Numbered from the stretch's first letter, positions 39,147 through 54,735 are shown. The stretch is 64,000 bases of DNA from the human T2T-CHM13v2.0 reference genome, Homo sapiens (GCF_009914755.1 NC_060929.1), one strand, 5' to 3'. A program made the numbers and translations. Notes: generated by a model not told the origin, from the letters alone.

Positions 39147-41689
39147 GAAAAACTAATAAGATTCATTATTGTTATTGCTTGCTATTATTAGTTTCGTTGC
39201 CATTTCCAAGGGTAATAGTTGAAGTATATATTAGAGCAATAGTTCTCTCATTCATTCATTGGCTCTTGGCTTTGCCAATCTCATTCTGAAGATAAGAAAT
39301 CAATCAGTGCCTGAATATGTCTCTTTTTTTGTACTTGTTATTTTGCTTATAGGTGTTTAGTGTGACTCTTTATGAAACTAGAATATCGAGAGGCAAAAAT
39401 CTTTTAAAATTTAATTTAATGAAAATTAGACTGTAAAACATACAAGCTTAGAATTGGCTCAAGTTTATTTTATAATAATTGAATAGTCACAGTTAGAGGC
39501 ACCTGTGACCTGAAAATGCTGGTTGAATGGTATTTGCGTATTTACAGAGCAGATACCATAGCTAAAGTGTATTTTACCAGCATTATCAAATATTGGATTC
39601 AAAGTCTCTTTTAATACATTTCTGATAAAAATATATGCAGATACATTGATGGATAATCTGTTAGGCGAAATCAACCCTAAAATGGTACCAATTTCCACAT
39701 TTGGAAATTCATTTAAACTTTGTTTTGTTTTGATCTTGTAATTTAATGAAAAGATCACATTGCACCTATTCTTTGCTCTTTAAGAATGTCAAAATTTAAA
39801 TCTATTCCATGGCTCAGAATGTTTCTCTATATGCTATTAATATATAAAATCGAGGTTCTGGGTTGAGTTCAAGATGGTGTGATTAAATAAATATTTGTGA
39901 TTAAAAATTTTTTTCTTTTAAACATGAGCTGCTTCATCAAGTCTTACTTTATATGAATTCATTCCTTTCTCTGTCATAATTTTTTTCTCCCTATCCTTTC
40001 CCTTTGAAATTTGAACCTATTTTGTTACAATCACTTTTTTCATAATAAGTTTTTATTACCACTATGCACTCAACTCTCTTGTTCTACTAGAGAGTGCATG
40101 GCTTTTGTTTATTGTTGTTATTTTTCTTCATTATTTTTAGTTTTATTTTTTTCATGTTTATAGGTGACTTGCTTTGGTAATTTTATTTTGATATTTCACA
40201 GACTGCTTTATCTGTTAGCAATACCACATATGAAATATAGATTTCCTTCAAAGATATAATACATATAAAAGCTAATTGTGACTTCAAATACTAATTACCT
40301 ATACTAAACTATGGTTTCTTTAGAGATATTCAGTAATATATCTTTCTCACTTTTTGTTGAAATATAAATTAGAAAATATACTCACTTCTTATTTTCCTCA
40401 CATTCATATTTTATTCTGTGCTTTTTCTCACAATTAGAAAATTAAAACAACAAAGAAAGTTGAAGGAGGGGAAGAAGAGAACACTTAATTGTAAGAGAAA
40501 GAATTAGAATATTGACTATTTGAATGGCCAAGCATGTTTCACATATAATACAAAGATAGGAAATGATGAAAAATGAGATGTGGAAGAGAGTAGTAAAAAA
40601 TCTCTATGATTTTGATGAAAACACAAAGAGGAGTAAAACGTACATTACTCTTCTTCGATCCTTTGTGACCGTGCACAGGCTTTGGCACAGAGATGTAGTC
40701 ACTGATTATAATTAGTTGAAGACTTTATTCCCAACTTCCCATCTTTCAAATGCAAATTAGTGTTTCTATGACAAAAATAAAAGTCCTTGACACCCTCTTG
40801 AAGAAGGACTCCAGTAAAATGAATAATCAGTTGAGATGAACAGCCTACAGTTATCAAGAAAGGATTCACAGATCCTGCTTTTCCAATAAAACAGAAGGAA
40901 CTGTTGGAATATAATACTTGCTTCAAAGAACCACTTTATTATGAACAGGTAAAATAATAATATCCGATCAAGGTCTAGTGAAATGAATTGCCTGTGTGAG
41001 GATGGACTTGGCTGCCCAGCTGCATTTGATTATGCATAACTTTACCTTCACACCAAGCATTCATGTTTTTATATTTAGAGGTATATTCCCCAAAAAGTAA
41101 CTCTTAAAATATCATATTATCAGAAGAAGTGCTTCCATCATTTCTTTCTAACAGCAGCATATGTTGTTTAAGAAAAAAAAAAAAGAAAGAAGAAGACAAA
41201 AAGACAAAAACCTTCATTTAATTGTTTTTCTAGGCAGGTAATTATCTTCTCAGTCCTGTCTAACTTATGTTAGATGCTAATTTGATTGAAATATTTGTGA
41301 GATTCTTCCCCCCTTCCCCCACAATTTTTCTCTTTTTATTACATCGTGGCAGGTTAAATTCCTATAATTTATATTTGTTTACTTTTTCCTCATATATGTG
41401 AAGATCTTTTTTCACAAATGTTTCAAGTAAGGATGGGGTAACTTCAAATGTTAAGATCTCTTCCTGGTAGGATAAACAGGCATTCTTGGGATGACTGACA
41501 AGACTTCTTAAGCTTATTCGAAATGGACTGAAAGCAGATAAAATAATGTAATATCTGAACAGATTTTACTCCTTTAAATGCAAACTACTTTTTTACTGTG
41601 TCAGAAATAGTTCCTTTAGGTATTTGTGCACATCTGGCTTTTATGAAGGACAGTAATGAAAGTGAAAATATATTAATATTATCATTCCA

Positions 41690-41920
41690 AAGGGCCACTA
41701 TTAGTTAAGTACCTATGATGTGTTAGAAACTGTGAAAAAACATCTTTTGCATTTTATGTTATTAAATTCCCATGGAGTCCCATGAAATGGTTTATATTAT
41801 TCCCTTTAAAAAATAAATAAAATAAAGTACAGAGGAGTTAATGTTACTTGCCCTAGATCACAGAGACAGTTTGTAGCTGTCAGTATGATAGCAAAACCCA
41901 TTCTAATTCAGCTGAAGTAC
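41690..41920 (-). mobile_element. MIR
   Basis: 'tacagaggagttaa...acttgccctagatcacaga'. Confidence 0.6.
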
Positions 41921-42046
41921 AACTGTTTTTAAACAAATAACCTTATATAGCAATTACTACTGGAGGAACTTTAGCTACCTACAAAAATATACGTAAATAT
42001 CTTAAAAAGGCTGAAAAATGTTTGAATGTGTGGTGATATAGTAGTA

Positions 42047-42550
42047 GTAGTAGGTTATCTATGGCTGTGTAACTACAGCCCTAAAACTTAGTGGTATAAA
42101 CAAACATTTGCTATCCTTGCAAGTTTGTGGATCAGTAGTTCAGGTAGGGCACAGTGGGGATGACTTGTCTCTGTTCCATGACGACTTGGGCTTCAGCTCG
42201 GGTGGCTCAGTTGTGGCCATATGCTTAGTGTTTCAGCATTTGCCATTGGCTGGATTCTTAGTTATTTTCTATGCCAACTCTACTATGTCTGGAATGTCCA
42301 GGATGGCTTTTTCCCTCACCTAACGAGGCTGGAATGGCTGGAACTCATCTTTCTTCTCAGGGCCTCTCTAGATGGCTAGCCTGGACATCCTCACAGCATG
42401 ACTATCTCAGAGTAACTGAACTTCTCACATGGCAACTGGCTTCTCCCAGAACAAGCATTCTAGGAGGTTCGGGCAGAAGCTGAATGTCTCTGATGAGCCA
42501 TCCTTGAAAGACCTGGAATGTCATTTCTAACTGCATCCTATTGAGCAAGG
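42047..42550 (-). mobile_element. MLT1G/H-type LTR
   Basis: 'ctatggctgtgtaac...cctaaaacttagtgg', 'gggcacagtggggatg..ttgtctctgttccat' and 'cctcacagcatg'. Confidence 0.75.
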
Positions 42551-43023
42551 GCGTGAGAGCCTTCTCTGGCATGAGTAGCAATGTGGATAATGGTGAGACT
42601 TGAGTGACTTTGCAAAACTGCACTAAAAGCATCCTCCTGACAGGAGAACGGCTTCGCAGCGAGTCTGGGATGGGCTGCCTTGCTGGGGCACTGACAGAGA
42701 AAGAAGAATTAAACCAGATGCTCCCATGCAAAAGATTTGTGTAGCTGGGGAGGACACTACACAAATCCACACATTCACAACATCCTTCACAGACTGCCAG
42801 CCAGCTAGCCAGAGAAAGAAACAATAACAACTAGCTTAAAATCAGACTGTGTTCTTGCTCAGTGAGGACATGAGATACTGCCCTTGTCGCTAGCTCTGCC
42901 TCAATATTCCCTAAAGGTGAGCCAGCCCCTACATGGGGGAGGAGCAAACCATGCTTCAAGATGCTCTATCAAAACTTGGTATGTGATTTACAGATAATCA
43001 TTTTTAGTTACAAGGTTAAAGCA

Positions 43024-43266
43024 GGCCAGGTGGGGTGGCTCATGCCTGTAATCTTAGCACTTTGGGAGGCTCAGGCAGGACGATTACTTTAGACCAGAAG
43101 TTCAAGACCAGTCTGGGCAACATACTGAGAGCCTGTCTCTACCATAAATAATAAATAAATAAAAATAAAAACACAACAAATTAGGCAGGTGTGATGGCCC
43201 GTACGTGTAGTCCCAGCTACTCAAGAGGCTCGGGTGTGTGACAGAGTAAGATCCTGTCTCAAAAAA
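43024..43266 (+). mobile_element. AluJ with an internal right-arm deletion
   Basis: The right arm jumps from 'gaggctc' to 'tgacagag'. TSD-like AA(G/A)GTTAAAG. Confidence 0.88.
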
Positions 43267-44752
43267 AAGTTAAAGTGATTAAGATCATGTAATAATATAC
43301 AATATATAATGAATATATATATAAAATGTATATAATGTATATATAAATACATATATTTATAGTACATATTTTTATTTGTTCAAAATATATATTATGTAAG
43401 TATAATTGATATTATATATTACATATATATTTAAATTTGCTACTCTGACTTTTTCAGGTCACTTAACTGTATAAGAATAAGGTTAAATAAGAGGGTTTAA
43501 CATCTACTGTAGTTATGAGTCTAGACTTAGGAAATGATACAACCTCTGGAATTACCACTAACTTTTTGGCCAGGTTTTATTTTGTGGGTTGTTAAAGAGG
43601 AGGCATATATAGAGAAAGACCCACGTAACAGAAAAAATCAGTGACTTCTAGAAGCAGATACAGGATATATAAGGGAAGGAAGAGAAAATATGCCAGATTG
43701 ATGTTGAATTTCTGGCTCTTGGTTCTCAGTGTATATAAAGATCAGGTTTATTTCTGGACTTTGGCTTCCATAAAACAATTATTATCTATAAACAAAGTTC
43801 ATCTTTTCCCTCAGCTAGAAAACAATAATCACAGTTAGAAACGGCATCTTGAACAAGATCTCAGGATGTCTAATAGAAATCTCTTATAAATGTTTCTCTA
43901 AAGACATGTTTGGTTTGAGACCAACCCATGACCTGTAAGAAACTTTTCAAGAGGGACATGAAGTGGCCAAATTAAGGCTATGTCTAAGATTATATAATAT
44001 CTGTAAAAATGGAAAATGTCATTTTTCATTTCCAGAGCTTACTGTACTTATTAAAAAATGTTCTCCTTTTTTTCTTCCTATATTAGGCTGTATTACTTAA
44101 ATAGACCAAAATATATGGAAAAGAAATTCTTCTATTTAATATAATTTTGCTAGACCATCAAATAATTGGAAAAAATGGAATACATTATTAATGTAAGAAA
44201 ATCAATCTCCCAACTTTCTAAGCTATTTTCCTTATTATTTCTTTCCATTTATTCCTATTTATCATTACCTGTTGACTTTTAAGGGCCAGTGCTGATATTT
44301 ATCTTTTGATGAGGTTACTTTATTTTAGACTCAGAGACTGGAACAAACCATTATTCACTAATAAGTATCATTTATTTTCATTTGGCCTATTGGATTCTTA
44401 CTAGGTCGATGATTATTAAATTGAAATAATAAATACACTTGAGGACTGGCATGTTGCAAACCATTTTTTTTCTCGGTGCTCTTGAGATGAGAACATTTAT
44501 AAGATCCTGCAACCCTTGGGTTTGATTTTCCCTACTGCTGCTCACCAGTGACCTTGGGCAATTATCTCTCAGCATGCTGTGACTGTGTGCCAGTTGAACT
44601 CCAGAAGCGGCTAGAAGCTTCTGAGGCCTGAAGCTCTGTAGAGATCCTTAGATTGAGGCTGTTAACTTTAAGCAATAAAATCTGAATTATGCCTCCATTT
44701 AGTGACAACTAGGATTTTGGTATTATTGACCGTTGAGATATTTTAAAAAGCA

Positions 44753-45760
44753 TTTTCTTTGATATACTGATTTCTTTTCCTTTGGATAAATACACAGTAG
44801 TGAGGTTTCTGGATTGTATAGTCGTTTTCTTTTTAGTTTTGTGTGAAATCTCCATACTGTTTTCCGTAGTGGCTGTGCTAATTTACATTCCCACCAACAG
44901 TGATTAATAGTATCTCTTTCTCCACATCCTCAACAGCGTTTGTTATTTTTGTCCTTTTAATAATAGCTATTCTAACTGGGGTAAGATGATATTTCACTGT
45001 GGTTTTAATTTGCATTTCCCTGATATTGAGCATTTTTTCATAATACCTGTCGGCCATTTCTACAAAGTCTTCTCTTGAGAAGTGTCTATTCATGTCCTTT
45101 GCCCATTTTTTAATGGGATTATTTATCTTTTTACTTTTGAGTTGTTTGAGTTTCTTGTATATTCATAGTATTAATTCCTTGTTGGATGAATAGTCACATG
45201 TTTATTGCAGCACTATCCACAATAGGAAAGATATGAACTCAACCCAAGTGTCCATCAACAAATGAATGGATAAGGAAAATGTAGTATACATACACTATGA
45301 AATACTATTTGGCTATTAAAAAATGAAATCTTGCCATTTGCAGCAATGTGGATGGACTTTGAGGTCATTATGTTAAATGAAATAAGCCAGACACAGAAAG
45401 GCAAATTTTGTATATTTTCAGTCATATGAGGGAGCTAAAAAATTTATCTCATGGAGGTGGAGAATAGAACAGTAGATATCAGAGGCTAGGAAGGGTGTAT
45501 GGGTATAAGCGGGGGATGAAGAAAGGTTGGTCAATGGATACAAATATAAAGTTAGATAGAAGGTATAGGTTCTAATGCTCTATAGCAGAGTAGGGTCACT
45601 ATAGTTAACAACAATGTATTATATGTTTCAAAGTAGCTAGAAGAGAGAAATTAGAATACCCTCAATTTAATCATTATACATTCTATCCATGTAACAGAAT
45701 ACCACATGCATTCCATAAATATTTCAAATATTATGTATAAATAGAAAATGAGAAAAAAGG
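44753..45760 (+). mobile_element. L1MA3/4-like LINE-1 with a 5' inversion
   Basis: Antisense ORF2 block 44753-45194, then sense 3' end 45195-45760. TSD core AAAAGCA at 44746-44752 and 45761-45767. Confidence 0.85.
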
Positions 45761-45834
45761 AAAAGCAAATTTGTATGTATTTGGCTGGATTTGAGTTATC
45801 TCTTAGGACAGAAACTCAATTTCAAATAAATGTT

Positions 45835-46249
<415 letters not shown>

Positions 46250-46370
46250 TTAAAGAGGCAATAATTTAGAGTAAGTAAGGGAAAAAAATCAGTACATTCG
46301 TTGGATTGGCAGGTATTTGATGGACAAATAACCGATAAAACTTGTGGCATCTCAGAGCTTTGGCTTTGGC

Positions 46371-46373
<3 letters not shown>

Positions 46374-46416
<43 letters not shown>
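46374..46416. repeat. (CA)n(TA)n microsatellite at an L1 tail
   Basis: Read directly from the sequence. Confidence 0.9.
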
Positions 46417-46417
<1 letters not shown>

Positions 46418-46777
46418 TTATACTTTAAGATCTGGGATCTATGTGCAGAATGTGCAGGTTTGTTACATAGGTATACACATGCCATGGTGGTTTGCTGCAC
46501 CCATCAACCCATAATCTACATTAGTCATTTCTCCTAATGCTGTCCCTCAGCTAGCCCCCCGACCCCCCGACAGGCCCTGGTGTGTGATGTTCCCCTCCCT
46601 GTGTCCATGTGTTCTCATTGTTCAACTCTCATTTATGAGTGAGAACACGCAGTATTTGGTTTTCTGTTCTTGTGTTAGTTTGCTGAGAATGATAGTTTCC
46701 AGCTTCATTCATGTCCCTGCAAAGGACATGAACTAATCCTTTTTTATGGCTGCGTAGTATTCCATGGTGTATATGTA
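46411..46777 (-). mobile_element. Short L1PA7-like 3' end
   Basis: 'ataggtatacacatgccatggtggtttgctgcacccatcaacc'. Confidence 0.93.
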
Positions 46778-48119
46778 TGTATTTTATCTTCAGTTTGCCA
46801 TTTGAAAAATGGGCCTACAATTTGCAAAGATTACAACTGTTTGAAGTCTTCTGAGAAAGTTGTGACATAATTAGAGACCAATAACTTGCTGCCCTTCCCC
46901 ATGCATATTTCTATTCTAAATAATATAGTGAAAATTAATAGTAAAATAGATTAAGTTTTGAGGTATCTATCTATTTAGCTATCTTCTTCATGCTTAGTTA
47001 GTACTCCGTTATGTTGAATGGATGTAGATAATAGAAACAGACAATACAGAATTGGAGTAGTTAACACTCTAAATTTATTAAAATTATGGAAAGTTATAGT
47101 TCTATTCTTAATGTTTGCATTATACTAGAACAAGAGTTATAGTTGCATCTTGCAACTTTTAAATGTGGTTAAGTGAGAGGAGAGTCCCCTTCAAATCATT
47201 TTATGATCCTGTCTCTCTCCTATTGGTTTTAATTTCAGCTACCATTTGTAAGCTGAAAATTCCTGAATTGTAATTCTTGCTAGACAGAAGAAAGGAAAGA
47301 TGTGCTTGGAAAATTCAGGTGTTTTGCCACAGTTCCCAAAGTAAGCATGAACAGTAATTATCTTATCCACATAGTGATTGATGTGTTATGACTCAGATAG
47401 AAAGCCCTTGATATTTATAGAAAGACTAAAAAAGCCTGAGAGTGAGGCTACAATCCTAAGGTACATGTTTTGTTATTTTCATTCCATCTGAGTATCTTTC
47501 ATGAAAAAGTAAATTGAATCTGTTCCAAATGCTCAGCATCTTAAAGTTGTTTCCCAAAATATACCTCTCAAGTAATCTGACTAATTTTCAATACGTTAGC
47601 ATATACTCTAGTTTACTTGTGACTTAAAATCGTGATTTTGAGCAACTAAGTGAGGAATCAAATTATATCTTCATATTTCATAAACTGATTATTTTATATA
47701 TGGCTTCATGGTAAATGGGTATTCAGTTTTGTCATTAAAATTTTAAGTTTTGACTGCAAAAATTCTTCATTTAATTGTTCTGTCAGCAACTCAATTGCTC
47801 CATTCAAAACTGGAATATTCAATTTTATTTAAACTTGAAGCTCTGAGAATGTTTTATTTAAGAACTTGGCTTTCTTCTCTTTGTACCTCTACTATTTCTT
47901 TGCATAGAATTCTGTTTACATAGAATGTAAGAAACTGTTGACGAACAAAATTATGAAACCTGGTACAAAACTATTTCAGAAAGGTTTGAAGCAAGGAAAG
48001 AATTTGTTTCTGTGATTTAGAAGGCAAATAAAAGTGCAATAACTATAAAGTATATGCAGTGTTAGCTGCTGAGTCAGTTTTACAATTTAGTTGGTGAAAA
48101 CAAAAGTATGAGATGTTAG

Positions 48120-48380
48120 TACATTTCCCAAGGTATGATCTGTGGAACACCATTCCTGTGAAATACTTTGAGGAAAAAGATTCAATGATCACATAAATTT
48201 AGGAAATGCTAATTATCTATCTCCTTTCTGAAGATTTACAAGTCCTCAATCATATTAAATATTCTGAAAAGTTTGCTGAAAAATAAAAACTATATAAAAT
48301 TTATTTTCTCAATTTTTTAAAAATAGAACTTTAAAAAATACTATTGACATCTCACAGAACAATTTTTAAGAATCACTGCC
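48120..48380. mobile_element. MER103C-like hAT-Charlie element
   Basis: 'tttcccaaggt...gtggaacac...catattaaa..ttctgaaaag...acatctcacagaaca'. Confidence 0.55.
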
Positions 48381-48579
48381 CTAGGATAAAATAGGAGGGG
48401 GAAGTATCGGATAGCTATTTGATTTCCTGACTGACTTTGAAATGCGAGAGAGAAAAAGAGAGGGAGAGAGATAGAGTATCTATCTATCTAGAGAATATTG
48501 AGTTTTTTTTAAACAACCCTTAGTAATTTTCTTAAAAGGATGTTGAGACCATGAGATTGTTAGGTTCGTGTTGATATTT

Positions 48580-48792
48580 AATAATAATAATTGACATGGC
48601 TAAAATTAGCATATGTGCCATGCATTGTTGGTGCATGTTATGAACTCACTAGATCTCATCTCCATTTTATAGATTTGAAGCAAATCAGAGAGATTCAGTA
48701 CCTTGACCAAAGTCTCTCACTATTAAGGGCAGGGACAGGCTCTGAACCAAGGCTGGCTTTAGTCTACAACCCATGGGTTTTCATCCTACCAC
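48580..48792 (-). mobile_element. MIR
   Basis: 'catctccattttatagat...agagagattcagtaccttgaccaaagtc'. Confidence 0.7.
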
Positions 48793-49621
48793 AATCCCTT
48801 CACCTACTGAGCTGGGTGTTTTATGGAGATAGAGAAGTGGGAGTGATTAGATACAGAGTTGAAGTAAGAGTTCAACTGTGAAAGAGCCTTGAGAAAAAAA
48901 AAAAGGAAATTTAAATAAGTGCAGAGTAGTTAAAGGATATATTAAGACTGTACAAAGAAAAATTTTAGAGAAAGAATAATTGAGGTTTGTTGGAAGGGTC
49001 TCTATAATTACAAGTGATTTTCCCCAGAGCAATTTGACAGAGCACTATGGGTGTCAATGCAGTGTCATTATTGCCAACCAAAGAAAGAGAAGCATCTGTA
49101 AAAGCTTCTAATATATGTGTATACACACACATACACATATATTAGAAAAGTTGAGAAATATTTCATAGCAAATATTATCTGAAATTACTAGCCTTATAAT
49201 TAGAAACTCAAAAATTATACTACCAGACTCAGCTAAAGCCTGCATTTCTCAGCCTGGTAGAATTTAATGAATGCACTTTGCTTTCACAATTTTGTATGCT
49301 TCATGTTTTAGTGAAAATGCAAGAATATCCAATTTTCTGATGTGTCAAGTCACTGGACTGGGGAGGTTATGAGATGTGCATCTAGTCCCTATTTTTATTT
49401 TCCTTCATTTCATTCACATTTGATGGGTCTTATTGTTTCCCCAAAGTGTTCTCAGATTGTGTTCCGGAATTTTGAGATTTTGTTTTCTCTTAATGGTTTT
49501 CCACGATAGGCATTGTTGAATAGAATAGGATGAAACACTGTGAATATGTTGCATTTGCTGTTGTGTGCTAATTCTCAAAGAAGGAAATTGTGGTCAGAAC
49601 AAGAACCTCTGATCCCTCTAG

Positions 49622-49920
49622 GACTGCACTGCTCAGTAAGAAGTCAGTAACACAGTGTGGTTGGCCCGAACAGAGACCTACTGTCAGTGTATATAATACA
49701 GACTGGATTTTCAAAGTCAGGACAAAAAACAAAAAAGAAATATCTCATTTATAAATTGTATATTAATAAAGTTAAAACTATAACATTGAATCTTTTGTGC
49801 TATATAAAATATATTGTTAAAATTAATCTCACTTGTGTCTTTTGACTTAAAAAAATCTAGTTACTAAAAAACTTTTAATTGTATATGTAGCTTGTATTAT
49901 ATTTCTATTGGAGAATGCTG
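49622..49920 (-). mobile_element. MER33 (hAT-Charlie)
   Basis: 'aaaatatattgttaaaattaatctcacttgt...attatatttctattggagaatgctg'. Confidence 0.75.
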
Positions 49921-50219
49921 CTTAGAAATTATTATATTTACTTAATTAATTTAAACAAATATATCATCATTGGGGTTAACTCCAAGGCTTGAACCATTTG
50001 GGAGTTAGACTAAAATCTAATGTATGATTCAAGAGGAAATTCTAAAGTATGATTAAAAAGAATCCCAGTAGTATCTATCTTTGGCAACTCAGGAAATAAT
50101 CCATATGCCCACTTGTGCAGTTGATATTGCTCTGTCTCTTCTCTATGTGAGTAGAGTGTGATTCTGTCCAGTGCTTGGCTACACCGTGTTTTCCTTGGTG
50201 ACTCCCCTACTAAGATGCA

Positions 50220-50540
<321 letters not shown>

Positions 50541-51909
50541 TACAATGGGCAGAAGTGTTCAAAACTTATACTCCTGTTAATAAGCAACAGATGTCACTTG
50601 CTCAACATTAGTATTTTAATAGAATCATTTTTGTAAAATACTTGAAACTTTAACTAAAACATCATCAGTTTGGGTCTCTTATTGTTACAAGTTAATTAAG
50701 CAAAGGTAACTAAATCCTGCTATCCCTGCATCGTGTTTCTTGTCCTCATATTTCTTTTTTAAGTGGCATGGCCAAACCTAAAAATGTACCTTGCGATGTC
50801 TCCATTTGAATGTCCTATTATGCTTCTGAAATTGAATTTCCGAGTGTAAATGACAAGAATCATCATATTGTATTAGACTAATGTCTAGTGTTTGAAATCC
50901 CTGAAACATTTTTTTGTTGGTATAAAGCTTTAACTTTTCCTAGTTGAATTACATTCATATAAACCGAGGCCATATCTACTTTTTAAAAAAGAAATCACAA
51001 GGAAAGTACTATTAATAGCCAGATTATAATGATTTTGAATTTTATTTTAAATGTACATGCTGAATCCTTATTCTAAAGCATGTAAGTGAATTTTCTTTCT
51101 TTTATCATACCCCCACTGATTGTGCTGTTGGATACATATGATGAGCTTGATCTTGTTTACTGAGAATAAACACCCAAGACTACACTTTAAATTCTATAGA
51201 ACTTCAAAAAAAAAAACTCCTTCAAATATAATAATATTTTAATGTAGGTGCATTATTTAAATTGTTGATTATCAAACTATGCACTAGAAGGAAATAATTA
51301 AAATAATTTGTGTCATTATTAATTTCTTTCTACAATAGAGAAGTGTGAAAAATAGGCCACAGAACTACAACAAAAAGCCCCAATTACTTCCATTGATGTT
51401 ATTCTCAAGTCATATGATAGTTTTACACAACACGATTTAGCTTAGCCTGATTGTGCCAGAACAGGTTTTCCTGAAAGACTCACTGTGGCCCAAGTGACCT
51501 ATTTTGTTTCCTTTATATGTCTAAGGCTTTTCATTTGAAATACTATACCTTGGAATGTGAAAGTGATTGACATAAATGGACATGACCTATCCTATTTCTC
51601 CTCCCTGCTCTTAGCCTTGTCACTTTCAACTCCAAACCAGTTTCTTTAGACCTGAAAATTGAGAGGATCTGCTGGGGAGCAACATTATCACACTCGCTGG
51701 CCTCTTCTCTTGCACTTCTGTTTGGCATCCAAATAAGGCCTTCTGAACTCTCAGTGCAGCTTATTATTTATTCTTCGGCACATACTTTCCCTGTCAACGA
51801 ATAAAACATTGTGCTGAATTTTTTTATATGCAGTATTTTATTTTTTAAACCCTCACAAAAACCTTCAGAGGCAAATCACTCATCCAAGGACATGCCAGTG
51901 GTAATTAGC

Positions 51910-52491
51910 TGTATTAGTCAGCACTCTTGGTTGTGAGAAATAGAAACCAAACTTAAACTGGTGAAAGAAAAAATAGGGAGGTGTGATTTACTGACTCATA
52001 TAATCAGAAACTCAGTGGCTCTTGCTGGCTTCAGATATGGCTCAATTCAAGGAACATAAATGTAGGCTCATTGGTACTTGGTTCCTTTGCATTGCCCATC
52101 ACAGCTTCCCCATGTGTTGGCTCCACTGTCGGGCAAACACTTTCCCTCGTGGTGGTGTGATGACTGCTGGCAGCCAGACTTAGAGGCTTTACTCGTCATC
52201 TTCAGTGAAAGTGAGAATCTCCATTCTTAGCACTTTCCAAAAAGTCCTGGGGCTGGTTCTGATTGGACCAATTACAGTCACATAGCCATCCTTGATGTTC
52301 ACAGGATAGAATATGCTGAGACGGTCAGGCTTGGGTCACTCACCTACCCTGGAATGGGGTCAGATAAGGCCCTCCCTCCAAACACAGGACTCAGTATAAT
52401 GGTGGGCTGATTTCCAAAGCAAAGTGGGAAGCTGTTACCAGAAGAATGGAGAGTTCACCCAGGGTGGCAGTAACCACAGATGTGCACTACG
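51910..52491 (-). mobile_element. MLT1K/J-type LTR
   Basis: 'tgtattagtcagcactcttggttg...agaaacc', 'tctgattggaccaa' and terminal 'agatgtgcactac'. Confidence 0.7.
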
Positions 52492-53884
52492 GAGGCCAGC
52501 CAGGATCCACACCCAGGTTGATTATTATTATTGTCATTGTTATTATTATGATATCCAAGTCCATGATGTCAATATTATACTATGTCCCCTCCAGACTAAA
52601 ATGTTGCCTTCTCTAAAAGTGTTTGCCCACATACTTTGACTGACATTGCTTTCTCCTCACTAAAAAGTAGCACATACATAGTCTGAATTATTCCTCTCAG
52701 CAAAAGTATACATTTTTGCAGTTGATTTCTATTTTTAAATTCACAATAATTTGATGAACATCTCAAAAGCAAGGGTCATCCTTTCCTCCTCTTTGGGATA
52801 GCCCATATGTATAGTGACCAATGTGAACCACAGCATAAAACCCTACCTATTCACAATGGTCTACATTCTGCTTCTGAATTTGGTAGCTACATCTTGACTT
52901 CCAAAGAGTAAGAACAGTTTATTTACTAATAACTCAATGAACAAGCATATTTAATCTTCCTAGGATACCACACTCTGCAAAAAATTGCTCAAATGTTTAA
53001 TATCACAGAGAAATGTTCTCAAAATCTAGGTGTTATTCTCAGGAAAATAATGGTGTTTTTCACTTTCATGAGCAAGTCCCCTATCTTGTACATATTTACC
53101 TTTTAAAATATTTGTAGCTTTTAAAACAAGGAATACATTATGTTTTGAGTGGGAAGAATAAGGATTTAGATCTAGACAGGCTTGGAATTCAATTTTTTTT
53201 AGCTATGTGGACTTGGGAAATCTTAATGTCACTGAGTCTTAGTTTTTAAAATTTGAAAAGATGTGGTAGGGTTTATAAAATATTATATGTAACATAAATG
53301 CCATATACATATTAACTATTATTTGTCCTCTTTCTTCCTGAACCTAATCTGTTTTCTACCCCACATCTACTCCTATTATTTTCATATTTTCTTCACAATT
53401 TATTCCATACCTATAATATTTTCTTAAATTCAATTCAATTTTTGCTTAGCTTTATATTAAGCATTTTAGCTATGAACTCATTGATCTTATGTATTTTCAA
53501 ATATTTTTATTATGATACATGAAATAAGCATGTAACCTTATAAAAACAGTTGAGAATGTATCATCTCAAAACCCCTCACACACTGTCGGTATTATGTATA
53601 CCACATTTGTTGGCAGTTTTGTGCTCCTTGCTTGTAGGTTCAAATCCAGCAAAACCAATCTATTTCCAAATGCAAATGAGGGTATACATGGAGAGGGAGA
53701 AAAAGAGAGGCATGCAATAAATGAATCACACTAAGATAAGGATATTATGCTAACTATAGCCATTGATTACTGAGGCAAACCTATGTTTATCTGGTTTATC
53801 TATTTAGAAATAATTTTTACTGTAGAATGACAAGACACTTTTGGTTCTAAGAACATACAACATGTGTCCATAAAACACAGTTTG

Positions 53885-54012
53885 TATATGTAACGCATAT
53901 ATATACATGCACATACACATATGTATACACATACAAACACACATACACATGTGTGTACATATCACACACATATATATGTGCATATATGTAGATAGAGAGA
54001 GAGAGAGAGAGA
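53885..54012. repeat. Degenerate (CA/TA)n followed by (GA)n
   Basis: Read directly from the sequence. Confidence 0.8.
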
Positions 54013-54735
54013 AAGCTTTAATGAGGCCATAAAGAAATGCACATAATGAAGAGTTAATGGTGCACTTTTCTTTATAACATTGAATTATTCACACATAAAC
54101 ATTTTAATATTTGTGTCTATATGATGAGCTTTTAACAATGGCCCTGAAAGCACTCTCTAATAGTGATAAGATACAGATTTATCTTCCTAAATAGTTAGTA
54201 CTATGGTATCCCATCTGACCTTAAGAAAATGCCAAGTAATTCTCTAGAAATAGAACTATGAAATGGTAACTTCTTAGAATGATAGCTCTCTCTGTAAAGG
54301 GTCTGCTAATCATGTTCATTTCTCAGTAGAAATCAATAACTAACTATTGTTTAATTGGTAAATGCAGTGTGACCTAATCATCTGGATGAGGTTCTTCATC
54401 CAGGAGCTTCATCCCCTGGGATAACAGGAAGAAGCCTCAGGAATAAGGAATTAATTGCAGGAAGATAATGAGCAAGGTTTCAATCAGGCTGAGAGAGAGA
54501 GAGGCAATGGAATAGAGAACTGAAATCTCAAGGTTCCGATTTACCTACTTTATTATTAATTAGCACAAACCTTTAATTAAGCATGATACCAAACTAGATG
54601 CTGTACAAAAGACAGACTAAATTTATTAGCAGGGTCAGAAAGAGGCAAACTTAAAACTCAAACCTAGTCTCAGGGCTTTGATTCGGAGTCTGAGCAAAAG
54701 CAGATTCATACAGTGTGTGTGAAGATTGAAGAGGT

